Source: Antedon mediterranea
Lineage: Eukaryota; Animalia; Echinodermata
Length of the DNA: 64,000 nucleotides
NCBI RefSeq assembly: GCF_964355755.1
Contig: NC_092671.1
Coordinates: 19,840,001 to 19,904,000 of the forward strand
Direction: 5' to 3'
Of the stretch, positions 49,563 through 61,482 are shown piece by piece (within the stretch, counting starts at the first letter, position 1; each line of letters begins with the position of its first letter). A program made the translations under genes and the position numbers. The notes under the pieces were generated by a model. The model saw nothing but the letters and a program-made list of their open reading frames with translations, did no database searches and was not told the DNA's origin.

Positions 49563-51828
49563 ATGCGGTTGGTGATATTTTTTTACGCTCAACGAAACTG
49601 TCAGCTAGCCAGAATACTGTTTTCTGATTGGATGTTGATGTCACGTGAGATGTTCAAATCACTCACGCATGCAGTTCGCCTCCTCAGTAGGTAATTCCTC
49701 CTCGCACTCTCAGAACGGTTGCGACTCGCACTGCTCTAGGCTAGCAATTTACGCGTTGTAGGAATCGTACATTTCAATGCGATAAGCCGCCGCGGTAATT
49801 TTTTAGGGCCTTCATATACATGACAACATCGCCATATGTAGACCATGGATGTGTAGACCAAGAATAAAATAGTAATGTAGCCTACACCTGTAACTTTACA
49901 AAAATCTAATAAATCTTGAATAGACAATTCCAAAGGAATAGAGTCTTTTTTTGTCAGTATATAAAAAGGATGACGATGAGAAAAGTGTATTTCGACCGTG
50001 CCAACCCGATGTTGCCGTCATGAAGGCCCTAAAAAGATTACCGCGGCGCGACTTGCTTATCGCATCGCATAAACCATGTTTTCCCACGTGAAATTTAAAT
50101 TATTGCATGAAACGTACGCGAAACGTAAATAAACATTGAGAGAGGCGAATTCCTACGGTAGCCTGTAAGTGTCACGGCAACTTTAAAAAAATATCACGGC
50201 AACTTTCAAAAAAAGCCACGGCAATTTGAAAAAAGCCACGGCAATTTGAAAAAAGCCACGGCAATTTGAAAAAAGCCACGGCAATTTGAAAAAAGCCACG
50301 GCAAATTAAAAATAAAACATCACGGCAAATTAAAAATAAAACATCGCGGCAATTTAACAAAAATACCACGGCAACTTCAAAATGAAACACCACGGCAAAT
50401 TAGTATTGAAACACCACGGCAAATTAGTAATGAAACACCACGGCAAATTACAGAATGCCACGGCGGAAGTGAGTTACCACGGCGGAAGTGAAACCTTTGG
50501 AATCTTCGATTTTTTCTGAGGTAAAGTAATTATTTGTGCATTGAAGTAAATAAATAATTATTATATTATTATTAATTTATTTAACTGCAGCATTTACGTG
50601 TTTATTGCACTAGGTCTAGCTATGCCTACTACTAGCCTAAGGCATAGGCCTTAGGCCTACAGTAGTAGCTAGGTCTACTGTAAAAAAAACTTGTTATATA
50701 AAAAACAGATTTATACTGTAAATATATTAAAACATTGTAGAATGTTATAGGGCCTAGGCCTACCTTGTAATAAGGCCTATGGTCTAGCCCGGCCTAGAAA
50801 GTTCAAGAAGAGTGCAATAAAGACGTAAACTGCTGCAGTTAAATATATTAATATAATATAATATTTACGATACTAATTGATGTGAAGCGACGCTGATTAT
50901 AATTAATGTTGTATACATGTGCGCTATACAAGTAATAATAATAATAATAATAATATTTACATCAATGCACAAATAATGACTTACCTCAGAAAAAATCGAA
51001 GATTCCAAAGGTTTCACTTCCGCCGTGGTAACTCACTTCCGCCGTGGCATTTTGTAATTTGCCGTGGTGTTTCATTATTAATTTGCCGTGGTGTTTCAAT
51101 ACTAATTTGCCGTGGTGTTTCATTTTTAAGTTGCCGTGGTATTTTTGTTAAATTGCCGCGATGTTTTATTTTTAATTTGCCGTGATGTTTTATTTTTAAT
51201 TTGCCGTGGCTTTTTTCAAATTGCCGTGGCTTTTTTCAAATTGCCGTGGCTTTTTTTGAAAAAGTTGTCGTGATATTTTTTTAAAGTTGCCGGGACACTT
51301 ATAGGCCACCGTAAATTCCTCCATGGAAATTAAATTAATTAATTAATAGATTACTCCATGGCGAGAGAAAGTAAATACTTCCAATTCAAGAAACCCTTCA
51401 CAAGTTTCCACTTTTTGGGTTTAGCCGCTCTTATTTATAGGCCTACTGTAATTATTTTATCTCAAACATTGTACATAGAAAAGAGCAATAAATGTTACGA
51501 AAAAACATTTCAACGATGGCGACACGATAAAAATGCAGAAAATTGTAAGCCTCTGTCTGTTGTGCAAGGAGCTAGTAGTTGTCTCAGTCAGCGCGCTCTC
51601 AGGCAGCGAGCCATTGAAATGTACGATTCCTACAACACGTAAATTGCTAGCCTAGAGCAGTGCGAGTCGCAACCGCTCTGAGAGTGCGAGGAGGAATTAC
51701 CTACTGAGGAGGCGAACTGCATGCTTGAGTGATTTGAACATCTCACGTGACATCAACATCCAATCAGAAAACAGTATTTTGGCTAGCTAGCAGTTTCGTT
51801 GAGCGTAAAAAAATATCTCATCCCGCAT
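49563..51828. mobile_element. Unclassified TIR element (~215-bp TIRs) hosting further MITEs
   Basis: 49563-49779 inverted at 51612-51828; small inverted pair 49779-50064 inside. Confidence 0.7.
50154..51313. mobile_element. IS3EU-like non-autonomous element with tandem sub-terminal repeats
   Basis: TACGG...CCGTA termini, 6-bp AATTCC TSD, ~400-bp TIRs built from ~20-bp CCACGGCAA units. Confidence 0.75.
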
Positions 51829-52710
51829 CCGGTTGACTAGTTTCAGCTGCATGCGATTGGCTACTCACTCGTACACCGTTTTAATATTCATATTTCAGAA
51901 TGTCAAAGACTCAACAACTAAGAGGGTACGCATGCGCTATGTTACGTTTAGACAATGTGTACTTGGGTACATTAATGAAAGTTTCTGAAGGCTAGAAATG
52001 ATTTTATATGCCTAGTAGTAGTCTGATAAACATTTGATTGGATTTTTCCCAAGAACATGAAAACTCGTCTTGCTTCTCCGCAAATCAAACATTGAATGGA
52101 TCATTTAATATTACGCGGAGATAATTTGATTTAATTCCCACCCATACCCTGTCCTGTTCTGTGTAGTGGTGTAGCCCTGTCTGTTGTGTGTGAATCCTGT
52201 TGTGTGCCGGTGGTGGTATTATATGTAGGCCTACCTTATTGGCGTTTTATTTGGCAGGTCATACATGAGAGTTGAGTAGGACCTACGAAGGAGGCCTAGG
52301 CTAAGGACTAAAAAAATTAATAAACAAAACAACTTGGCAACACGATTTCATATTTCAACAGTCTCGATCGTACATTCAGCACTGTACGTACTCGATCTTT
52401 TTCATTTAGAAACAAAATGATCATTGGTTGATTCGAAATCCATATTTACATACCGCCCGCCCCATATAGCCAAATGCGGTATGATAACCTACGTCATTCT
52501 TATCGGATGTTTGCGGTCTGCAAATCGATTTCTATACGTGTTTCACAAGTCTGTATTTTCAGACAAAAATCGCGGTCGAAATAAAACAAATAAATAAATT
52601 TTAAAAAATACAGACTTGGGGCAAGTCTATATGTTGAGCATCAGCACCTTCCACCCAAGGCTAATCCAAGGGCTCCACTACCGTGCACTGCAATGGGAGC
52701 AAAGTTGTAC

Positions 52711-52739
52711 CAGGGAAGAGTTAAATTAACTCTTCCCTG
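52711..52739. repeat. 29-bp hairpin with perfect 7-bp TSD (putative P-superfamily excision footprint)
   Basis: gttgtac-CAGGGAAGAGTTAAATTAACTCTTCCCTG-gttgtac. Confidence 0.8.
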
Positions 52740-53236
52740 GTTGTACTAACACATCGCCAATAAACAATACTGAAAGAAACGCATGGATGTGAGTTATAAT
52801 GTAAATGTAGATTTTTATTATGTTGTTGAAAATTCGCAGAAATATAAATTATTCAATGAAATACAACAAGACAGCTGGCCACCTCATGAAAATGATGAGG
52901 AAAATCCCTGTTTGCAGTTTATGACCGCCCATTTTTGGAGATCTAAAAGTATGATGCTTTTTGATTGGAGTTTCCGTAACAACCTGAAGTGATTGGCAAT
53001 TAGATTGCCAAGGGCTTTAGGTTGTCAACAAAGCATGTCCCCGGTTTATACGATGTCTAGAACATAATTGGTGAACTTTTAAAAATTGTCTTCGGTTTTT
53101 CGGTAGGTTGATCCAATATTTAAATCAAAGACACATATAATTATGGAACGCCGTTTACGCAACATTTCAATGATATGAATTTTATGACGCGATATGTGAA
53201 TGAAATGCATCGATATGAATTGAATGGCGCGATATA

Positions 53237-53421
53237 TGAATGAAATGTTTTGAATTGAATGCTTTGAATTGAATGTTTTGAATAAAATGTTTTGAATGAA
53301 ATGTTTTGAATAAATTGTTTTGAATGCAATGTTTTTAATGAAATGTTTTGAATGAAATGTTTTGAATGAAATGTTTTGAATGAAATGTTTTAAATGATAT
53401 GTTTTGAATGAAATGTTTGAA
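53237..53421. repeat. 14-bp minisatellite (TGAAATGTTTTGAA)n
   Basis: About a dozen tandem copies visible. Confidence 0.9.
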
Positions 53422-53534
53422 TTGAGTTGAAAAGTCAAACTATTGGTGGCGTATGTCATTCCCGCTCGCAATTTTTTTCTCAACCTCTTAGGCCTAAGCG
53501 TGGGTACCCTCATCTCCTTTCCACGCTGCCTTAA

Positions 53535-55744
53535 AGGCTGGTTTCCTGTCGACGTAAGAAGTCGAATTTTGCAACGATTCTTGCGTTTCATACGTTTCTT
53601 ACGTCTCTTACGAAAGTTGAGAAAAAATTGACGTCGTTGACGTTAGTCAAGATCGTGTCGGGCCGCAGAGAAACATCTGTAGTTATGCTGCTCCCGAAAG
53701 TTGAAATTTTGGCTGTGAAACACACGTCGTATGCTTACGTCGATTTTAGTGTTGTTACGAAAGTTGAACATTTTTTTCTTACGTCGGTCGGATTTATGAC
53801 GTATTTGAAACAACATCTCTGATTGGTGTTTCTTTTTAGAGCGGGTTTTATCATTTTTCGCGCAAAATGTTGAATGTTGTTATTGTAGCCTACCTGTCAG
53901 TGCAGCACACCAACATGTTATTTTCAGTAGATAAGCTAGGCCAGTATTAGTAAAATACTTAATTAATACTGTACGGTACCGTACTAATAGGAATTGATTT
54001 GACCAAATAATCAAACTAGCCTAGGCTAGAAGGCCTATGTATTATTTGTATGAATCAAAATATGAATTAATTATCCTGGCCCTCTAGGCCTAGCCTTAAA
54101 TAGTTTTCAAAATTAAAAAAAGGCAAATCATTTCGAGATTCCTATTATTATTAGACCTACCTAGGCCCTAAACTAGGCATTGGCCTATTGGCCTATAAGC
54201 ATATCTAATCGAGCATGAGATAGTAGGCCTACTACCGCAGTAAGATACCCATTATTTACAGGCCTATAATCTATATATAAATTTACGTAAGGGCAAAATT
54301 CGGTAAATCGCGCTTTACTTCTAGAATTTTTACTCGATGGTATATAAAGTTGGTTCGTACTTTCGGTACTGATTTTAACCACCTGATGTAGCCCTCTTTA
54401 CTAATTAAATTAAGTTAGATAATTAGTTATTGACGATTAAAACGAATTTAGGTTCAACGATTTGCCCCAAATAGGGGTGTTTTCCGATCGTGGTATACAC
54501 TGTCTAATAATGGATGTCCATCTTGAAAAATACCCGCTACAAAAATGCGAGGAGGCTTCGCATTTTCCAATCTCCTCCTACGATAATTGTTTTTAATAGC
54601 TGAAAACCGGTTGAACAGCTAGAGTACAGCATCATAATGTTGAAGACAGGCCGATTTTCTTTAAAAAATACTATTTTGATCTAATATACGATTATACAAA
54701 TGTATTGATTTGCGATGAATGGAACATCCCAATCTCATACAGTCTGCCAGAGTTTGGTTTAAAAAAAGTAGGTAAATTTATGAGCCCTTGGTTTAACACA
54801 TACGGTAGGTAAATATATGGGCCCTTTGAGAATAAACTTGAACAATACTGTAAATACATAATTACCTATTTTTGGTCCTCATTTGAATCGAACATTTCTT
54901 ACTGTGAATGTTCGTACTGTTAGATGTAATATAAAAATATATACAAATAAACTTATTACTGAGATTGTGGATAGGCTCTACTGTTAGATATATAAACACA
55001 TTATTATATACAAATAAACTATACTGACAGTTCCTTCTCAACGTTTGTATTAATTAATAATTACCAAAAATATAAACGTCGTAGTGGTGTATCGTGACTA
55101 TATTTCAATCGATTATGACAGTGACAGTTTTAACAAAGTATTAAATCGCAAATGTTTTACTGTATTTAGAGGTATATTATTTATAGGCCTATAAAACATG
55201 AAAAAAATATTTCGTTACTGAGTGCATAAAAAATATATTTAAAAATTGTTCCTCTTTGCACCTATCCGCTTTCCCATCCCTCAACCCTAAAACTCCCTGA
55301 TTAGAACATGATTAGGCTAAAATTATAGTAGTAAATACATACAAATGTTATTGTCCGGCTTTATTTCACTATAAGGACATACACATTACGTCATAACTCT
55401 TGTCGCTCATTGGTTGCTTGTTACGATTGCGCTTACGTCTCTTGCGAAAGTTGACTTCAAGTCAACTTTCGTAAGAGACGTAAGAAACGTGACGCAAGGG
55501 CGTTCATTCAAGCGTAAGATAAAAAATCCCGGTTTCCTGTAAAATCGGAAGAAAACGTCGTAACGCAACAATTGTTAGGTCATCGGTTTCCTGTAAAATC
55601 GTTTGTCGTTACCATTTTTCTTACGTTGCGTCGATTTTATAAATTTTCGATCGTAATCGGTTTCCTGTAAAATCCGCATTTCTTACGACAAATCGACGTA
55701 GTCGCAACAAAAGTGATGTTCTTACGTCGACAGGAAACCAGCCT
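53535..55744 (-). mobile_element. Second copy of the 44736-46857 Harbinger element, opposite orientation
   Basis: AGGCTGGTTTCCTGTCGACGTAAG TIRs, TWA flanks; both ends near-identical to copy 1. Confidence 0.85.
54270..55290 (+). mobile_element. 3'-truncated Helitron, same family as 30549
   Basis: a|TCTATATATAAATTTACGTAAGGGCAAAATTCGG; colinear homology; no CTAG end seen. Confidence 0.75.
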
Positions 55745-56453
55745 TTACAGAGAATCCTAACAGACCTGGGTTCGGAAATATGCATTCCAATGTTTCAGGT
55801 CTGTTAGGATTCTCTGTAAAGGATCCATATTGATGACAGCGTGGAAAGGAGATGAGGGTACCCAGGCTTAGGCCTAAGAGGTTAAAGCAAAATCCGATGA
55901 CTTATGATTAGGAACGCCACCCCCATTATTTAATTATAACGTCGTTCCTGAAGACTTCACGCGGTTTAAACAGAGGGGAATACACATTCTACATTTAAAT
56001 ACAAGATCAATGATCCCCAAACTACCGGAACTGCGCGATATTGCATATAAAAGTAAAGCTGGTATTATCTCCATTAGCGAAACATGGATTGATGATTCGG
56101 TATCTGACAACAAAATTAAAATTGAAGGATATTCAGTTCTACGAAGAGATCGCGACCGCAAAGGCGGTGGCGTATGTACGTATATAAAAGATGACATCGC
56201 GTTTAACCGGCGTTCAGAATTTGAATCCGACGAAGCTGAAGTACTTTGGATTGAACTGAACCTGCCTAAAACCAAACCTATTATAATTGGAACATGTATA
56301 CAGACCACCAAAGCAAACGAACTTTCTAACTCTGTTTGAAAATATTGGAATGGACAGTGAATTAATTGTTGTTGGCGATTTTAATGTATGTACTTTAACA
56401 AAGTCATCTTTATTGAATAGCTATAATCAAATTCTAAATATGTTTAGTTTAAG

Positions 56454-56478
56454 CATGGAGAAATCAGATTTCTCCATG
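56454..56478. repeat. 25-bp hairpin with perfect 7-bp TSD inside LINE ORF2
   Basis: gtttaag-CATGGAGAAATCAGATTTCTCCATG-gtttaag. Confidence 0.8.
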
Positions 56479-57496
56479 GTTTAAGTAATAAAGTTACTGA
56501 ACCAACTAGGATATGCCCTACAGTTGCTTCATGCCTCAATCATATATTATGTAATAACGAGAATAAGATAAGCCAATCGGGTACAATCGCAACAGGTCTA
56601 AGCGATCACTTAATGACATTTTGTACACGGAAAACTATTAAACTTAAGTTCAATGGACATAAAAATGTATATATCAGATCACTAAAAAACTATACCGTTG
56701 ATCAATTTAGAAACATACTAATAGATATCGATTGGTCAGTAGTTACCGCTATCGGAGATGTAAATGAAGCTCTGTATAAATTTAATGCATTACTTTTGGC
56801 TGCTATTGATTCCATTTCCCCCTTAAAAACATTAGGATGAAACAAAGAACGGAACCATGGTTAACTAGAGAAATATTATAAGACATTGAAATCAGAGATA
56901 AATTATTAAATATGTATAATAAAAACAAGAATAATACCGACTTATTAATACAATTTTGCAAACTAAGAAATAAAATACAGCGTGATATAAATAAAGCTAA
57001 ATCAAATCATTTGTTAAACAAGACTGAAGAAAATAAAAATAACCCTAACAAATTATGGAAAATGTTTAAAGGTCTAGGCTATAGTAATAAATCTAAGGAT
57101 AGTACTAAAGCGGTTATTGACCTGCCCAATGGTACTAAATGTTTCGACCCAGCCAAAATTGCTTCTTGCTTCAATGAATATTTTACTACTATTGCAGCCA
57201 ATTTGGTCAGTAAACTTCCATCCCCTAACAATTACGTCGTCCAAACTTAAGGATTTCTATAGAACCGTTAGTGGCACTAACTTTATGCTCAACTCAGTGG
57301 ACGAAGACTTTATATATAGTGAATTAAACAAACTTAATGCGACAAAAAGCACGGGTGTCGATAAGATACCTCCCAGCTTCATAAAGATGGGTCTGAAATT
57401 CTAAAAGTTCCCATTACCTACATAATTAATTTATCAATTAGTACCAGTACAGTCCCAGAAGACATGAAAAAGGCCAAGGTCATACCTCTTTATAAA

Positions 57497-58222
57497 CAAG
57501 GCCATATAGATGGCTGCAGTCGCGTGCTTAGTGTTTACCGACCGACCGACCAACCTACCAACTGACCGAAATTACTGAACATGTTTAAAAATGTTGAAAT
57601 GTTTAAAAACAGTTATATTTTTTTAATTTACACGTGCGTAGCCTGTCATTTTTTATGTGCTCGTATAACGTAATTTCGAGTTGAAAAGTAAGTCAAGAAA
57701 ACAGAAATCGGGCAAAAAGTTTGCGCAACAACATTTAACGCGCAGTGCGCGCGCAAAAATCTACGCACTCATGGCAATTTTGTAAACGCTTAAAATTGCC
57801 TGAAACGTACTCTTATTTCGTCGAAAATAAATTTTGAAAATTTTAAGCGCGCGTACACATGCGTTACATGCGCTACGCACGTAATTGTATTGCCATATGA
57901 TGATTTATGCCCTGAAATTTATGAGTACCAAATTTTATTTAATTGTGATTCATGCTTGTGAAGATATGATTACAAACGTGATTTCGTTAAATCGTGCGTA
58001 GACCGCGTAATTTTTTATTGCGCACCGTGAAAACATAACCACATCGATTCCTGGCCATAAGGAATATACTGTGAAAAATTGACTTAGCTAGATTAAACTG
58101 ATATCAAGATAAGGTCAGAAAGCGATAAAACGCATAGTGATACCGGACCGACAGACCGACAGACCGACAGACCGACCGACCGACCGACATAGTGAACTAT
58201 AGAGTCGCTTCCACGCGACTAA
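57497..58222 (-). mobile_element. HINE inserted in an A/T run of LINE ORF2
   Basis: Interrupts VIPLYK|KGSRTDIGNYRPIS with no TSD; same termini as 4878-5596. Confidence 0.85.
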
Positions 58223-58588
58223 AAAGGTAGTAGAACCGATATTGGAAACTATCGCCCTATAAGTATACTCAGTACAATGTCTAAAATGTTAGAGAAGGCT
58301 GTTTTTCTTCAAATCGAAAAATACCTTACTGAAAACAACGTATTGTATAAATATCAATCTGGATTTCGAGCTGCCTTCTCTACTGACACATGTTTGATAG
58401 ATATTAGTTGATTCCCTTAACACCCAAACTTCTAAGGGAAATTTCTCGGGTATGGTGTTGGTCGATTTAAAGAAGGCTTTTGACACTGTGGATCATGACA
58501 TTTTATGTAATAAGCTTAAATTAATGGGTATTGGATCTATTGAATGGTTCAAATCTTACTTGTCAATAAGAAAACAAATAGTAACTGT

Positions 58589-61482
58589 TTTACCTTGATT
58601 TACCTTGATCTTGGACATCTAAAGCAATGCTTGTGTGTCCCTCCGGTATATTCTATTACATGTTCTATCATACGGGGAAAACTTTAGTGGGTGGTGATTC
58701 CAAAATTTTTCTAGTCGGTTTTTAAATTGATTAACATTTGCAGCTTCTATTACATCCTGAGGCAAGTTGTTCCATGTGTCGATAATAGAGTTTGTAAAAA
58801 ATTTCTGCCGTATCCTTAAGTGAGTACGAGGTTTGTTAATTTTCAAAAAGTGTCCTCTGGTTCTAGATTCAGTGGTTAACTTAAAAAAAATCCTCATTGT
58901 TACATTTAGTGAAACCGTAGAACATTTTGAATACTTGAATCATTGCGGATCTCAATCTTCTGTATTCTAGAGTAGGAAGGTGCATTTTGGAAAGTCGTTG
59001 ACTGTATTCATACTGACGTAAATCTGCTATCATTCTAGATGCACGCTGTTGAACCTTTTCCAACTTATCAGATTCTTTCCAAAAAAACATGTTGCCAAAC
59101 AGTACTGCAATATTCCATGGATGGTCTTACAATCGATTTGTACAGAAGAGATAAGGAGTGACAGGATAAATAATCAAAAGACCTATATATGATGCCCAGC
59201 TTTTTATTTGCTTTCATAGCAACTTGAGCCACATGGGATTCGAAAGTTAATTTATCGTCAATTACGACCCCGAGATCTGTCATTTTGGAGACCCATTGTA
59301 GTAGTTTCTTGTTTTCTGCATGGCCCATCTTGTATTGAAATTTATTGTTCTTCCTACCAAAATGCATGACACTACATTTATCTAAGTTAAACGGTAGTTG
59401 CCATTTTATAGACCATTTAAACAGCTTGTCAATGTCCTCTTGTAACTTTTTGGCATCATCTAAATTATTTATTTTTCTAAAAATCTTGGTGTCATCAGCA
59501 AAAATGGTTATCTCGGAATCTATTTGATCAGGAAGGTCGTTGATATACAAGTTGAAGAGCAGTGGTCCTAGAACACTTCCTTGAGGTATTCCACTTGTTA
59601 CTCTTTTGCTGTTTGACCTAACACCATTTACAACAACTACCTGTGATCTATTAGTAAGAAACGCCTCTATCCACTGCACTAAGTTTCCTCCTATACCATA
59701 TGCTTTCAGCTTGTTGATTAATCTTTTATGTGGAACGCTATCAAAAGCTTTCTTGAAATCCAAGAAAACGCAATCGAAACGTGAGCCTTCATCTAACCAT
59801 TTGGTCCACTGATTTAGCGCTTCTAGTAGTGCTGTATTACATGACCTACCCGGCCGAAAACCATGTTGACTTTTGGTGAACAAATTGTTGCTTTCCATAT
59901 AATCCATTATATTATTCCTAATGAATGTTTCCATAGTTTTACATACTAGTGAAGTCAGGCTCACTGGTCTATAATTCAAAGGTGTAGACTTATTTCCTTT
60001 TTTGAATATAGGTATAACGTCTGCGAGGCCCCAAGATAGGGGGATAGCTCCTTGCTTCATCAATTTAGTGAATAAATGCTTAAAGAGATCAGCCAATTGT
60101 AAACTTGTTTCCTTTAAGACTCGAGAGTTTATTTTGTCTGGACCAGGAGACTTACAAATATCTAACTTATTGAGGTATTCCTCGATACCTTCCTTAGAAA
60201 AATGTACTATGTTTAGTACAATATCATCTACTCGTGGACTAAGTATAGGTATATCTTCAGTATTTTCAATTGTGAAAACAGATGCAAAAGAATCGTTTAG
60301 TAGATTAGCTTTATCAGTATCTTCTGTTACACTTTTGCCATTATTATCAGTTAGAGTTGGAATTCCAGATTTCTTTTTTGTTTTCCCTTTAACATACTTC
60401 CAAAAGTTTTTTGGATTGGTTTTGACATCTCTAGCTAGTTTTAGCTCAAACTCTGCTTTTGTTTTCTTAATTAAATATGTGGTTCTATTTCTTTGGATGG
60501 TAAACTCGGACCATGATTGTTTATTCTTTTTTTTTTGGAACCTGTTCCATTTGTTATGTTTTTTCTTAATTTCGTTTTTCAGTTCGTTGTTCATCCATTC
60601 TTTTTTTGTATTTACATTTTTTCTTCGTAGTGGGACATATATTGAAACACACTCATTAATTTTATTTTCAATCGCTTTACTCATTTCAATTCCACTATTT
60701 ATTTCATAAAAATGTTTAACGTCTGATATTTTCAAAGCTTGCCTCATATTATCATACTCTCCTCTATAATAGTTTCGAGCCTCCGTATGTTCCCTTCTTT
60801 CCTGTCCCTCAACTTCCACTTTAAAGGTAACAATTGCGTGGTCACTTTTTCCTAAAGGCGGTTTAATATTTATATCTTCTACCTCATCTACATTTTTGGA
60901 AAAAATTAAATCTAGTAGACTTGGTTCTTGGCCCGATCTAAATCGAGTGGTTACTGTAATGTGCTGGTACCAGAATAGATCTTTAATAATATCAAGAAAA
61001 CGTTGACTTTCAATCTTTTCGCCTTGATAAATTTTCTCATCTGGCCAACAAATGTTACCAAAATTAAAGTCACCGGCCACAATTAAGTAATCACATTTGA
61101 TCATATTCACTCTGCCAAATAGCTCTCTAATTTTAAAATTATTTTCCATGGTGCTGTTGGGGCTTCTGTACATGCATCCTATTACCATTCTTTGACTGCC
61201 AACGTAAACTTCAACCCACAGTGATTCTTCAAAATCGCTCTCAAAGTCAACAACGGAAACTGATAAATGACTTTTAACGTAGATTCCAATACCTCTTTTT
61301 TTCTCAGAATAATAAAAATTATACTCTTCAATTTCCAATTCATTTTTTTGTACTTGGTACAAAGAGTGTTTGGGCAATATTTCAGTTAGCAAAATTATAT
61401 CTGGATCAGAGTCTTTCATTCTTAACTTAAATTCATCTCTCTTGTTTAGAATTGAGTCGCAGTTAGTATACATGAATACATG
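58589..61482 (-). mobile_element. CR1-clade LINE, near-complete ORF2 (APE + RT), C-terminal frameshifts
   Basis: 810-aa ORF: YTNCDS, GDFN, GKSDH, NYRPVSLTS, GIPQGSVLGP, FADD; RTRGH tail and (CAAGGTAAAT)n 3' end. Confidence 0.93.

Larger units (their letters stand above)
53482..55883. mobile_element. Small palindromic MITE interrupted by the Harbinger copy
   Basis: AACCTCTTAGGCCTAAGCGTGGGTACCCTCATCTCCTTTCCACGCTG inverted at 55837-55883. Confidence 0.65.

Noticed and set aside
49880-49985. Exon-like fragment HPFYILTKKDSIPLELSIQDLLDFCKVT inside a MITE
   Set aside because: No clear acceptor or recognisable homology; not supportable as gene capture
50172-51300. CRISPR-like array and repetitive ORFs
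   Set aside because: Units abut without unique spacers, are mirrored in the TIRs, and sit in a eukaryotic context without cas genes
51321-51360. CATGG...CCATG hairpin as another P-type footprint
   Set aside because: Arms poorly matched and no 7-bp flanking duplication
53079-53591. 170-aa ORF
   Set aside because: Translation of a 14-bp minisatellite plus MITE ends
60002-60709. 235-aa + strand ORF and similar antisense ORFs over BEL and Penelope
   Set aside because: Shadow frames of retroelement ORFs
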